Of a DNA stretch of 43,714 nucleotides, positions 33,561 to 41,135 are shown piece after piece. The notes under the pieces are model-generated. The model did no database searches. It was not told the DNA's origin and saw only the letters and a program-made list of their open reading frames with translations. The translations under genes were made by a program, and so were the position numbers. The first letter of the stretch is position 1. Every line of letters begins with the position of its first letter. The stretch is from IMG/VR virus record IMGVR_UViG_3300049795_000032, positions 1-43,714 of that record. One strand, written 5' to 3'. This DNA comes from a virus.

Positions 33561-34213
33561 GCGACGTTGTAACCGAAGTGACGGACCATGCCGCGCGTGC
33601 TCGCGCGTTGCTGACGTCCATGTTCAAGGGTCGGCGCTACATAGAAGGCGTGCTCACGGCATTCGTGGGCAAGGATAAAGAAGCGGGGCTCCAGGAAGTG
33701 GAGCACGCAACGCACTTGTTTCTGGCTCGAATGGAGCAATGGCAAGACACGTCTGTCATTACCGATCCGTTGGAAGACGCGATCCGTGACTACGTGCTTT
33801 ATCTCGTCGGTCGCATCGTAGGGATCGATCGAGAGGGTCGGGACGTCGCACACTTCGTTGCCGCCCTCCAATTGCAGATCATCATAAACCGATCGGACGG
33901 CACCAACCCGAACGTGATCGAGATCTTGGATCTCGCCACGCAAGAGTCGGGAGATTACGAGCTTTACGACTATTACCCGGCAGGCTTCGTGGCTTTGCTT
34001 TCGGATGCGCCCGAATACTTCCGAGCGTTCGCGAGTCGCGCCACGTCAATCAAGCCTATCGGCGTGGAAGCCGATATCAAGTATACGGGCTTGCCTCTTG
34101 ACGGGCTAGTGAGATACGCTTCCAGCCACGGCGCAACTATTCGAGCTAAGGGCTTCGCTTCTGATCACGGTGGCGCTTTGACGGCCGCATTCCCTCACGT
34201 GGAGATCTCGTAA
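33557..34213 (+). CDS. Baseplate wedge protein (gpI / Mu gp48 position)
   Basis: 218 aa, ATGA overlap. Sits between the J-like gene and the fibre. Confidence 0.4.
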   Translation: MSDVVTEVTDHAARARALLTSMFKGRRYIEGVLTAFVGKDKEAGLQEVEHATHLFLARMEQWQDTSVITDPLEDAIRDYVLYLVGRIVGIDREGRDVAHFVAALQLQIIINRSDGTNPNVIEILDLATQESGDYELYDYYPAGFVALLSDAPEYFRAFASRATSIKPIGVEADIKYTGLPLDGLVRYASSHGATIRAKGFASDHGGALTAAFPHVEIS

Positions 34214-35577
34214 TGTCCAATATCACGATCCTTACTAAGACCGATCCGGTTACGACGATCCCGCGTTGCGCGACGGATACGAATTTCCCGGCCGGGTCGG
34301 ATCCCTGGAGTGCGCTGGCAACTAAGGTCGCCCCGTCGTCAGGCATGCAAACGCAAGGGCGCGTGCCCGATGAGCCCTCGTCCGCGGAGGAAGAGAATTA
34401 CTACACGGCGCACTTCGCGGATTCGCATCTCGAGTTGCAAGTCCAAGCGTGCTCGCTTCACGCGACGGGCCTGAACAATGCGAACGGAGTATGTTTCGGG
34501 TGGGCGGATAAGGCGCATTTGCTCGTAAGCCTGGAGAACCCTTCCGGGACGCAGCAAAGGCGTTTCGTTTCCATTGACCATGCGCGAAGCAAGGTCGCGA
34601 ACATGACCAACGCATTCACGGGGGGTGGCTCATACGGCCCTAATATGAGCGCGGCGATTCCTAACGTAATCGGTGGAGGGTCTACCGTCTATTTCCTTTA
34701 TCAAGGATTGGCAGGCGGCGCGAACCTCAACGCGGTAAACTCCACCACACCTTCCGATACGCTCGTCGCCATCCCCGGAGCAGGTACTACACAGTTCACG
34801 GACATTGATACGGCTGCGATGGGCTTCAATGCCGTTTTGTTGCTCGGCTCGCGTGGTACCACGTTTGAGCTTTCGCGCATTCCTGTAGCTGGATCTCCTG
34901 GCGCCGTCACCATCGCGTCGTGGTCCACGGATTCCGACGGCGTGCTCGCACAGAAGCCCGGGGAGAATCGCGCTTGGCAGACATCGGGCACGACGCGTAA
35001 GACGTTCGGCACGACGGACGGAGGCGTTACACTCGGCGCCACGGTAACGACCACTTGGGACGGCGGTTCCCTTGGCGCCAACGTCGTCATGATGCGGCCC
35101 ACGTGGGACGAAGTAAAAGAACGCTGGATCGTTGGCACGGCGGACATTAGCGGAGGTAGTACCTCGGCTTGCTACGCCAACATGGTGAGCAGCTCCAAGC
35201 TTTGGACGTCCACGGATGGAGTCGCTTGGACCACGCTTCACGATTCCCCTAACGTGATGTTCGCCTGTATCAGGTATCATCGCGGGTTGCTTTGGGCCAT
35301 CGGGTTGCAATTGAACGAACACCAGGGCATGGAGATTTGGTGCTCGCGTGACGGCGGGGATTCATGGATGCGCACGGGTCACGTCCTGTCCCTATACAAG
35401 GCGTTCACCGGAATGTTCCCCGGGCTGTTCTTGCGGGATACCCGGATCAAGGCATTGTCAGGGCAACTCTTGTTCCAGACCACTATTTCCCTACAGGGAT
35501 CGGCATTCTCGCCCGGGGGCTTGACGGGCTGCGAATACGTGGTACTAAGGACATCGGATTGTTACTCGAACGTTTGA
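34213..35577 (+). CDS. Tail fibre / receptor-binding protein with C-terminal BNR (Asp-box) repeats
   Basis: 454 aa. Asp-boxes STDGVAW (35209-35229) and SRDGGDSW (35344-35367). Last gene of the baseplate operon. Confidence 0.55.
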   Translation: MSNITILTKTDPVTTIPRCATDTNFPAGSDPWSALATKVAPSSGMQTQGRVPDEPSSAEEENYYTAHFADSHLELQVQACSLHATGLNNANGVCFGWADKAHLLVSLENPSGTQQRRFVSIDHARSKVANMTNAFTGGGSYGPNMSAAIPNVIGGGSTVYFLYQGLAGGANLNAVNSTTPSDTLVAIPGAGTTQFTDIDTAAMGFNAVLLLGSRGTTFELSRIPVAGSPGAVTIASWSTDSDGVLAQKPGENRAWQTSGTTRKTFGTTDGGVTLGATVTTTWDGGSLGANVVMMRPTWDEVKERWIVGTADISGGSTSACYANMVSSSKLWTSTDGVAWTTLHDSPNVMFACIRYHRGLLWAIGLQLNEHQGMEIWCSRDGGDSWMRTGHVLSLYKAFTGMFPGLFLRDTRIKALSGQLLFQTTISLQGSAFSPGGLTGCEYVVLRTSDCYSNV

Positions 35578-35591
35578 CGGAGAATACCCAC

Positions 35592-35822
35592 ATGCACCGC
35601 TCGATCATTGTTCTCGCCCTGTTCTGTCTTTTCCTCACGCCCGGCTGCGGCGCGGCTCCCGATGCGCCCGAGCCCGAACAGGGGACGGAAGTCGTGCCCC
35701 TCCCCACGGACGACGCAGCGCCCGCCCCTGCCCTCACGTCACACCCTGCGCCCTTCTCGCAGGCTTCGTTCTGCGAAGCGCACCCGACCGATGCGGCGTG
35801 CGCGGATGGGGGTGCGAAGTGA
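35592..35822 (+). CDS. Small Pro-rich lipoprotein (o-spanin-like or superinfection-exclusion candidate)
   Basis: MHRSIIVLALFCLFLTPGC, a signal peptide with lipobox L-T-P-G-C. The mature part is Pro/Ala-rich with 3 further Cys. GGAG lies 9 nt upstream. Confidence 0.6.
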   Translation: MHRSIIVLALFCLFLTPGCGAAPDAPEPEQGTEVVPLPTDDAAPAPALTSHPAPFSQASFCEAHPTDAACADGGAK

Positions 35823-35956
35823 CCTCGGCACGTGACGTGGCGCGCGCCGCGGGCAAGCTCGCTTTGACGACGCTGGTCGCCGCGCCGCTCGTGTTCCTCG
35901 GGTTGCTTTGGTACTTCCGCGGGATGCCGCCTGTTGACGGATTTGCGGAGCCGTGA
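35819..35956 (+). CDS. Hypothetical 45-aa single-pass membrane protein (below track cutoff)
   Basis: GTGA overlap with the lipoprotein stop. MTSARDVARAAGKLALTTLVAAPLVFLGLLWYFRGMPPVDGFAEP. Confidence 0.4.
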   Translation: MTSARDVARAAGKLALTTLVAAPLVFLGLLWYFRGMPPVDGFAEP

Positions 35957-35988
35957 GAACCTCGCCGCATAGCAGCGGCACGAATCCT

Positions 35989-36018
35989 AGCCCGGCCCCC
36001 TAAAAAGGCCGGGCTTTG
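35989..36018. terminator. Hairpin terminator between convergent operons
   Basis: agcccggcc-ccctaaaaa-ggccgggct, followed by tt. Confidence 0.6.
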
Positions 36019-36023
36019 ACTAT

Positions 36024-36479
36024 TTACCGCATGCGACTAAGGCGCCAAAGTCCAAGCGCGACAGCATCCATCATGTTGTGCGCTTGCGTCTTCGGTAGTT
36101 TGGGGATTCGTGCCAGCTCGGCGGGAAAGAGTACCTTTGACGCGCGTGCATGGTGCACGTCCTTAGGGACCTGCCCTTTCCATTCTGCAGGTTTCACCAG
36201 GGATGGAAGCACGCCGATCGATTCGAAGCGACCTCGCCAGCGGCCGACTTCCTCGGCCACTTGGATCAGATCATTGGGATCGCCCTTACTTTGCGCGGCG
36301 CGGTAGATTTGGGGAAGCTCGATTACCACGTTCAAGTGTGTCGGATGTTCGACCCATTCCAGGGGCCAAATGTCTTTAGAGGCGATGGACGTGACCCCGC
36401 ACGTATGCAGCTCACAGCTTGCGGTAAACAGCGCCCACCCCGTACAGCGACCCGGATCGATGGCCAATAAATATGCCAT
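36024..36479 (-). CDS. RuvC-like Holliday junction resolvase
   Basis: MAYLLAIDPGRCTGWALF (first catalytic Asp), VVIELPQ (Glu) and HNMMDAVALGLW (C-terminal Asp). 151 aa. Confidence 0.7.
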   Translation of the reverse strand: MAYLLAIDPGRCTGWALFTASCELHTCGVTSIASKDIWPLEWVEHPTHLNVVIELPQIYRAAQSKGDPNDLIQVAEEVGRWRGRFESIGVLPSLVKPAEWKGQVPKDVHHARASKVLFPAELARIPKLPKTQAHNMMDAVALGLWRLSRMR

Positions 36480-36485
36480 TGCTCG

Positions 36486-37013
36486 TTACCCTTTCGATGA
36501 CTTGGACAATTCCAGCAAGCGAGATTCCATCGCGGCAAGCTCCTCGGATGACGCGCCCGAGAGATCGATGTGAGTGTCTACCTTTTCGGTACTCTCCCCG
36601 CGCATGAGACGATCCAGCTTGACGATCGCCTCCGTCAAGCGGATCAAGTCCCCCGGGCGCAAGGTGGAGTGCGCGCCGGCTTCGACATCCGATAGGAGCT
36701 TTTCCATCTCGCGACGGACGACGGATCGCCCGAGCGCGGTAATCTCCATGTGCTCGGCGCTGATTTCCTCGGTCCGCTGCTCGAGCAGCGAGCGAATGGT
36801 GTCTTGCCGCACGCCGTCTAGGTGCTCGTCCCAAAGCGCAGCGCGTTGCGCCCAGTAGTGCGCCGCCATCCAATCCCGCACCTTGATTGGATCGACCCTG
36901 CGACCCTTCAAAAACACGATGAGAGCGCGACGAGGGCGGGCGTCGCGGAAAGCTTGGAACACTTCCCATGATTCGTCGGTATCGTACGGCTGGCGGTCCC
37001 AAGGGTTGGACAC
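36486..37013 (-). CDS. Terminase small subunit-like protein
   Basis: The N-terminal ESWEVFQAFRDARPRR...VRDWMAAHYWAQRAALWDEH resembles the HTH/WxxR pattern of a common TerS family, followed by a coiled-coil C-terminal part. GTG start with GGAGAC upstream. Confidence 0.45.
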   Translation of the reverse strand: MSNPWDRQPYDTDESWEVFQAFRDARPRRALIVFLKGRRVDPIKVRDWMAAHYWAQRAALWDEHLDGVRQDTIRSLLEQRTEEISAEHMEITALGRSVVRREMEKLLSDVEAGAHSTLRPGDLIRLTEAIVKLDRLMRGESTEKVDTHIDLSGASSEELAAMESRLLELSKSSKG

Positions 37014-37032
37014 GATACAAGTCTCCTACACT

Positions 37033-37061
37033 AGTATAGCGCAATTAGCAAGCGTGCAATT
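37033..37061 (-). promoter_or_regulatory. Candidate host-type promoter for the TerS-RuvC operon (-10 TATACT)
   Basis: Reverse complement reads ...TTGCAC/ATTGCA...TATACTagtgtaGGAGACttgtatcGTG. The -35 spacing is ambiguous (15-17 nt). Confidence 0.3.
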
Positions 37062-37063
37062 AG

Positions 37064-37076
37064 GCTACCCTAGTGC
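37064..37076 (+). promoter_or_regulatory. GCTACCCTA motif copy 9 abutting the portal ATG
   Basis: agGCTACCCTAgtgcATG. The hexamer ends 5 nt before ATG 37077. Confidence 0.55.
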
Positions 37077-38540
37077 ATGGCACGTCAGAAGACGAGTAAA
37101 GGCCCTATCGTGTCGCCTGAGATCAAGGGGGATGGGTGGGTCAACCCCTATACGGGCTTCGGTACGTCGCGCGATCGTTCCACGGCAGGGTATTATGCCA
37201 GGGATGGACAGCTCTATTCCCAGGAATTGAAGTCTCTTTACTATGGCGACGACATTTGCGCGACCATTGTAGACGCGCCCGTCGAGGAATCGTTCCGTAA
37301 CGGGTATTGCTTGACCGCGAAGGACAAGCAACTCGCCGAGGAATTCGATAAGTGGACGGAATCCGAGCTTCACCTGTCCGAGAAATTGGAGGAAGCCGAG
37401 ACATACGCCCGCATTTACGGGGGCTCGCTTATCGTGCTCGGCTTGGACGACGGCCAAACCCTCGATAAGCCGCTCAATCCCAACGCTGTCAAGTCCATTG
37501 ATTGGATGCTCACGTTGGATCGGCGCTATGCGCAACCCATGAGCTACTATTCAGACCTTGGACCCAAGCTCGGCATGCCTGCCAGCTATAACATTTCGTA
37601 TTACGCCGGGCGTTCGACCAAGTCTTTCCTAGTTCATGAGTCGCGCTGCGTTCGTTTTCGCGGCGTCAAGGTGGATTTCCAGCGCCAAGCCGAGTTGGCG
37701 GGGTGGGACCAAAGCGTATTGCAGCGCCCGTATGACGTGTTGCGCAAGTTTGCGGCCGGTTGGGACAATGCAGCCGCGATGCTTGGCGACGCGTCGCAGG
37801 GCATTTTCAAGATGCAAGGGCTTACCGAGCTACTTAGCACCAAGAATGAAAGCACCAAGCTTGCCGATCGTATGCGCGCGGTGGATATGACGCGCTCCGT
37901 CACTCGTTCTATGGTCGTGGATAAGGAGCGCGAGGACTTTACCCGCGTGACTCAGTCCTTTTCGGGCGTGCCAGAAATGCTAGACCGCTTCATGCAACGC
38001 CTTAGCGCGGCTTGTAAGATCCCCGTTTCCATTCTCATGGGCCGATCGGCCGCGGGAATGAACGCAACGGGAGACTTGGATGTCAAGTCGTGGGAGAAGC
38101 AAGTAGCGGCATACCAGAAGCGTTCGCTCACTCCCCGCATCAGGGAAGTGCTTTCCCTATTGCAACTCGCCAAGGATTCCCCGAGCAAGGGCAAGGCTAT
38201 TGAGAAGCTCGAAACTAAGTGGCATCCCCTCAGCCAGCCTAGCACGAAAGAGGAAGCGGACACTCGCCTCGCCGTCGCCAATGCGGACGCGGTCTACCTC
38301 GACCGCGACGTATATAAGCCCGAGCAAATAGCCATCGCGCGCAGCGGACGCGGGGAGTGGAGCATGGACGCGCCGGAAGTGGACGTGGAGGCGCTGGAAG
38401 CGGCAATGCAGCGCGCTGAGACTTTCGAGGACACGCCCACCCCGAACACCCCGCAAGGTCCCAATGCATTACCGCAAGCCCAGCAAAGCCCGAATCCGCC
38501 TAGCTATGACAACCAATCGCAACCGGGTGCGAAAGATTGA
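37077..38540 (+). CDS. Portal protein (DUF1073-like)
   Basis: 487 aa, followed by a MuF-like gene. Family assignment is from recollection of the DUF1073 portal class. Confidence 0.7.
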   Translation: MARQKTSKGPIVSPEIKGDGWVNPYTGFGTSRDRSTAGYYARDGQLYSQELKSLYYGDDICATIVDAPVEESFRNGYCLTAKDKQLAEEFDKWTESELHLSEKLEEAETYARIYGGSLIVLGLDDGQTLDKPLNPNAVKSIDWMLTLDRRYAQPMSYYSDLGPKLGMPASYNISYYAGRSTKSFLVHESRCVRFRGVKVDFQRQAELAGWDQSVLQRPYDVLRKFAAGWDNAAAMLGDASQGIFKMQGLTELLSTKNESTKLADRMRAVDMTRSVTRSMVVDKEREDFTRVTQSFSGVPEMLDRFMQRLSAACKIPVSILMGRSAAGMNATGDLDVKSWEKQVAAYQKRSLTPRIREVLSLLQLAKDSPSKGKAIEKLETKWHPLSQPSTKEEADTRLAVANADAVYLDRDVYKPEQIAIARSGRGEWSMDAPEVDVEALEAAMQRAETFEDTPTPNTPQGPNALPQAQQSPNPPSYDNQSQPGAKD

Positions 38541-39231
38541 GCGCACATTCGTAGCGGATGTGACGGCCATCGTTCGGGGCATGCATGACGTGTTTATGCG
38601 TCGGCTGTCCCCTCGTCTCGCGAGCGCGGTCAAGGTGGACGCCACGACGGCGGGCGTAATCGAAGGGGCTTTGCGCACCGTGCTCCCGCAAATCGGAGCC
38701 AAGGTAGGCAAGGCGCACGACAAGATGAGCAACGCCTTGGACCAGACCTACAAGCAAACGGTCGGGGAGATCTTGCCCGTGGGCTTCCAGTCGCTCGGCA
38801 AGGGCGTACAACGCGCCGCGCGCGACGCCCGCGCGGTGTCCATCTCCCTGGTCGAAACCGCAGCAAGGGACTACGCAGCACAGGTGCGAGCCATCTTCTC
38901 GGACCCCGCCAAGCCGCTCGGGCGTAGGGTGGAGAACTTGCGCGACGACTTGATCGAGCGGGGCAACGTGTCGGAATCCCGCGCCGAGTTGATCGCGCGA
39001 GACCAAACCCTCAAATTGAACGGAGCGATCAATAAGGCGAGGCAGGAATCAGTAGGGGTGGAGCGCTACACATGGAGCACGTCAGGGGATGAGCGCGTGC
39101 GGGACGAGCACGCGGCACTGGACAGGGAAACCTTTTCGTGGGGCTCACCCCCGAGCGTCGGCCACCCTGGCGAGGACATCCAATGCCGGTGCATCGCGTT
39201 GCCTATCATTGACGACTTGGCGGATTTGTGA
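38464..39231 (+). CDS. Head morphogenesis protein (Mu F / SPP1 gp7-like); start uncertain (38464, 38506 or 38560)
   Basis: C-terminal ERYTWSTSGDERVRDEHAALDRETFSWGSPPSVGHPGEDIQCRCIALPI is the characteristic Mu F motif. Confidence 0.75.
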   Translation: MHYRKPSKARIRLAMTTNRNRVRKIERTFVADVTAIVRGMHDVFMRRLSPRLASAVKVDATTAGVIEGALRTVLPQIGAKVGKAHDKMSNALDQTYKQTVGEILPVGFQSLGKGVQRAARDARAVSISLVETAARDYAAQVRAIFSDPAKPLGRRVENLRDDLIERGNVSESRAELIARDQTLKLNGAINKARQESVGVERYTWSTSGDERVRDEHAALDRETFSWGSPPSVGHPGEDIQCRCIALPIIDDLADL

Positions 39232-39261
39232 AAATAAAATCGTGTTCGACACGAAATTGGC
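39228..39261. repeat. Inverted repeat, left arm (34 bp, 33/34 complementary to 39681-39714). A weaker match extends inward to about 39280
   Basis: gtgaaaataaaatcgtgttcgacacgaaattggc. It begins at the last base before the MuF TGA stop. Confidence 0.9.
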
Positions 39262-39300
39262 ACGGGGCTTGCTATTGCGAATTCCGTGCCAGGGGTTGGC

Positions 39301-39334
39301 AGCCCGGCCGAGAAATCGGACCGGGCTTTCTGTT
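39301..39334 (+). terminator. Hairpin terminator inside the cassette (U-tract on the plus strand)
   Basis: agcccgg...ccgggct stem, followed by ttctgtt. Confidence 0.5.
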
Positions 39335-39585
39335 CAGTCGTTCGAATCAGCGCCGAACATTTCCGCCAAGCGCTCCGCTTTGGTCGGGCGCTTATAGCTG
39401 TAAGCTTTACCGTTGACAGAGACGATTCGATCTTGCGTGGAGTATTTCGGGATTTCGATCCCTTCCGCCTTGGCGTGGATTCCGCTGCGCTCGTCCCCGT
39501 CGCCGTGGTGTCCGACAGAGGTGACAATGCCGGTCCACTCTTTGCCGGTGAAACCCTTGCAAACCACCGCATCGCCTTGCTTCAT
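39334..39585 (-). CDS. Hypothetical 83-aa protein carried by the inverted-repeat-bounded cassette
   Basis: MKQGDAVVCKGFTGKEWTGIVTSVGHHGDGDERSGIHAKAEG... Small, beta-rich (SH3/Tudor-like impression only). Confidence 0.6.
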   Translation of the reverse strand: MKQGDAVVCKGFTGKEWTGIVTSVGHHGDGDERSGIHAKAEGIEIPKYSTQDRIVSVNGKAYSYKRPTKAERLAEMFGADSND

Positions 39586-39591
39586 GAAGAT

Positions 39592-39619
39592 ACAATAGCG
39601 CGTGCAACGAGAAGGTCAA
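39592..39619 (-). promoter_or_regulatory. Near-consensus host-type promoter of the cassette gene (TTGACC-N16-TATTGT, 6 nt before the ATG)
   Basis: Reverse complement reads TTGACCttctcgttgcacgcgcTATTGTatcttcATG. Implies a leaderless transcript. Confidence 0.5.
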
Positions 39620-39680
39620 TAAACTATTTCACGTCGCGTGCATTATTTCTTGGCAGGCTTATTGCTATAGCAAGGACCGC

Positions 39681-39714
39681 GCCAATTTCGTGACGAACAC
39701 GATTTTATTTTCAC
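39681..39714. repeat. Inverted repeat, right arm (pairs with 39228-39261). A weaker match extends inward from about 39662
   Basis: gccaatttcgtgacgaacacgattttattttcac. It ends at the last base before the TGA stop of the minus-strand gene 39711-39914. Confidence 0.9.
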
Positions 39715-39914
39715 ATTTCGCCGCGGTCCCGGTCGAACCTTTCCAAGACGTCATCCGAGACGCGCTCGCGGGAGATAATGCCTTGCGTGCGGCACCTGGC
39801 CATTACGCCGGAATGTATGTACTCGATCCAGCCGTCAAGCTCCACGTCCGTGTACGCTTCACGCAATTCCGTCATCGCTTCCAAATACGGAATCTGTACC
39901 GTCAGGCTGTCCAT
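39711..39914 (-). CDS. Hypothetical protein
   Basis: 67-aa ORF. Its stop codon lies inside the right inverted repeat. Confidence 0.55.
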   Translation of the reverse strand: MDSLTVQIPYLEAMTELREAYTDVELDGWIEYIHSGVMARCRTQGIISRERVSDDVLERFDRDRGEM

Positions 39915-40755
39915 TGTTCTTGCCTTTCATGCTGCAAAGTGCGATGGCTTCCGCGTCAGTCATGCAATCCTTGACGGCGTTGGCGAGTCTCGCGCGTGCG
40001 CGCTCGCACCACGTCGCGTCAAAGTCCATTCCGATGTACCGGCGGCCGAGCATCGTGCAGGCCCGATTGCGCCCGATCCGCAGAACGGGTCGAAGACCGT
40101 TTCCCCTCGTTCGCTGAATTTGGCGACCAGCATAAGGGCGAGGGCGAGGGGCTTCTCGTTCGGGTGTCTGCCTGCCTTACCTCGGGTGCCCGAACATTTC
40201 CAGATCATGCACCGGACAGGGGAAAAGAAGCGTTGGAACGGCCACGGGAGCTACGGAAGGCCACGCCTTCATACGCGGCCGCGGGACGGTCCGCTGTGAG
40301 CTGCCCCATGCTGTTCGGCTTGTACCACACACCCGAGCGTACGAATTCTTTGCGGCCCAAGGTCAGGTCAAAGCGCCCAAGATCTTCTATCGTGCAGAAT
40401 GAGAGTGCCCATCGTTTGGAGACGCGCACTAGGTCGCGGGCGAATTCGTAGGATTGGAGCGCGGCAAATGTTCGCTTGACAGTGCTCGGAGTACGGGGGA
40501 TCCGTGATCGTCACGTCAACGCACGCATCGGGCATCGGGCAGGGTGCGCAATGTCTCGAAAGCATCCGTGACGTGTTTGATAATGAAGCTCATGTGTAAT
40601 TTATCCGGTGCACGGGACAAGCTTGCCGGGCTTCTATTGTTGCGGGCGTGGCGTAGCAATCCAGGCACGTGCACCCCCGTAGAGCGCAATTGTTTTTCGT
40701 ACTTCTCTCTAGCATCCAATGCGGCGCGGCGCCATTCTACGGAACCGTATTTCAC
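39859..40755 (-). pseudogene. Beta-class N4/N6 DNA methyltransferase (N6_N4_Mtase type) broken into at least four reading frames
   Basis: Colinear fragments: MSFIIKHVTDAFETLRTLPDA | CVDVTITDPPYSEH | VKRTFAALQSYEFARDLVRVSKRW...VWYKPNSMGQLTADRPAAAYEGVAF | IWKCSGTRGKAGRHPNEKPLALALMLV...VFDPFCGSG | RACTMLGRRYIGMDFDATWCERARARL. A 7-bp tandem duplication lies at 40524-40537. Confidence 0.75.
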
Positions 40756-41135
40756 GTGCACCCTCCATTCGTATCGAGGTAGAGAAGGAACATCGCGCAG
40801 CATATCGCGTGCGCCAAATGACTCTCCCCTGTGTCCGCATCTTTGGACTTGGGGTCTTGCCACCAAGCATCCATGTGACGCATGAGAGCATCGTAATATC
40901 GTTGCCGAGCTTCTGGCACTTGGATCCAATTCTCGCGCCCGTACTTCTTAGCCCCGAACATGAGCACGCGAATGACAGCGTGCGACGAGCCCTTGGGCAA
41001 AAGGGACCATTCCAGCTTGCCCGCGTCGTCCTTACGCCCTTGTCCGACCGGCTGCGCGTCCCGCACGCGACACGGACAAGCGCAAGCGTGCGGACCGTCG
41101 CCACCATGGCACACGCACGGGCACTTGTCGGTCAT
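40752..41135 (-). CDS. MazG-related dATP/dGTP diphosphohydrolase-like protein with a Cys-rich N-terminus
   Basis: DAGKLEWSLLPKGSSHAVIRVLMFGAKKYGRENW...YYDALMRHMDAW...DADTGESHLAHAICCAMFLL matches the phage dGTP_diPhyd_N-type pattern as I recall it. ATG 41135 has GGGAGGA 7 nt upstream. N-terminus is CPCVCHGGDGPHACACPC. Confidence 0.6.
   Translation of the reverse strand: MTDKCPCVCHGGDGPHACACPCRVRDAQPVGQGRKDDAGKLEWSLLPKGSSHAVIRVLMFGAKKYGRENWIQVPEARQRYYDALMRHMDAWWQDPKSKDADTGESHLAHAICCAMFLLYLDTNGGCT

Noticed and set aside
39859-40755. Programmed recoding or phase variation of the methyltransferase
   Set aside because: At least four independent frame changes would be needed, and none sits at a recognisable slippery site. 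The 7-bp unit is present only twice, not as a long, slippage-prone tract. Gene decay is the simpler explanation.
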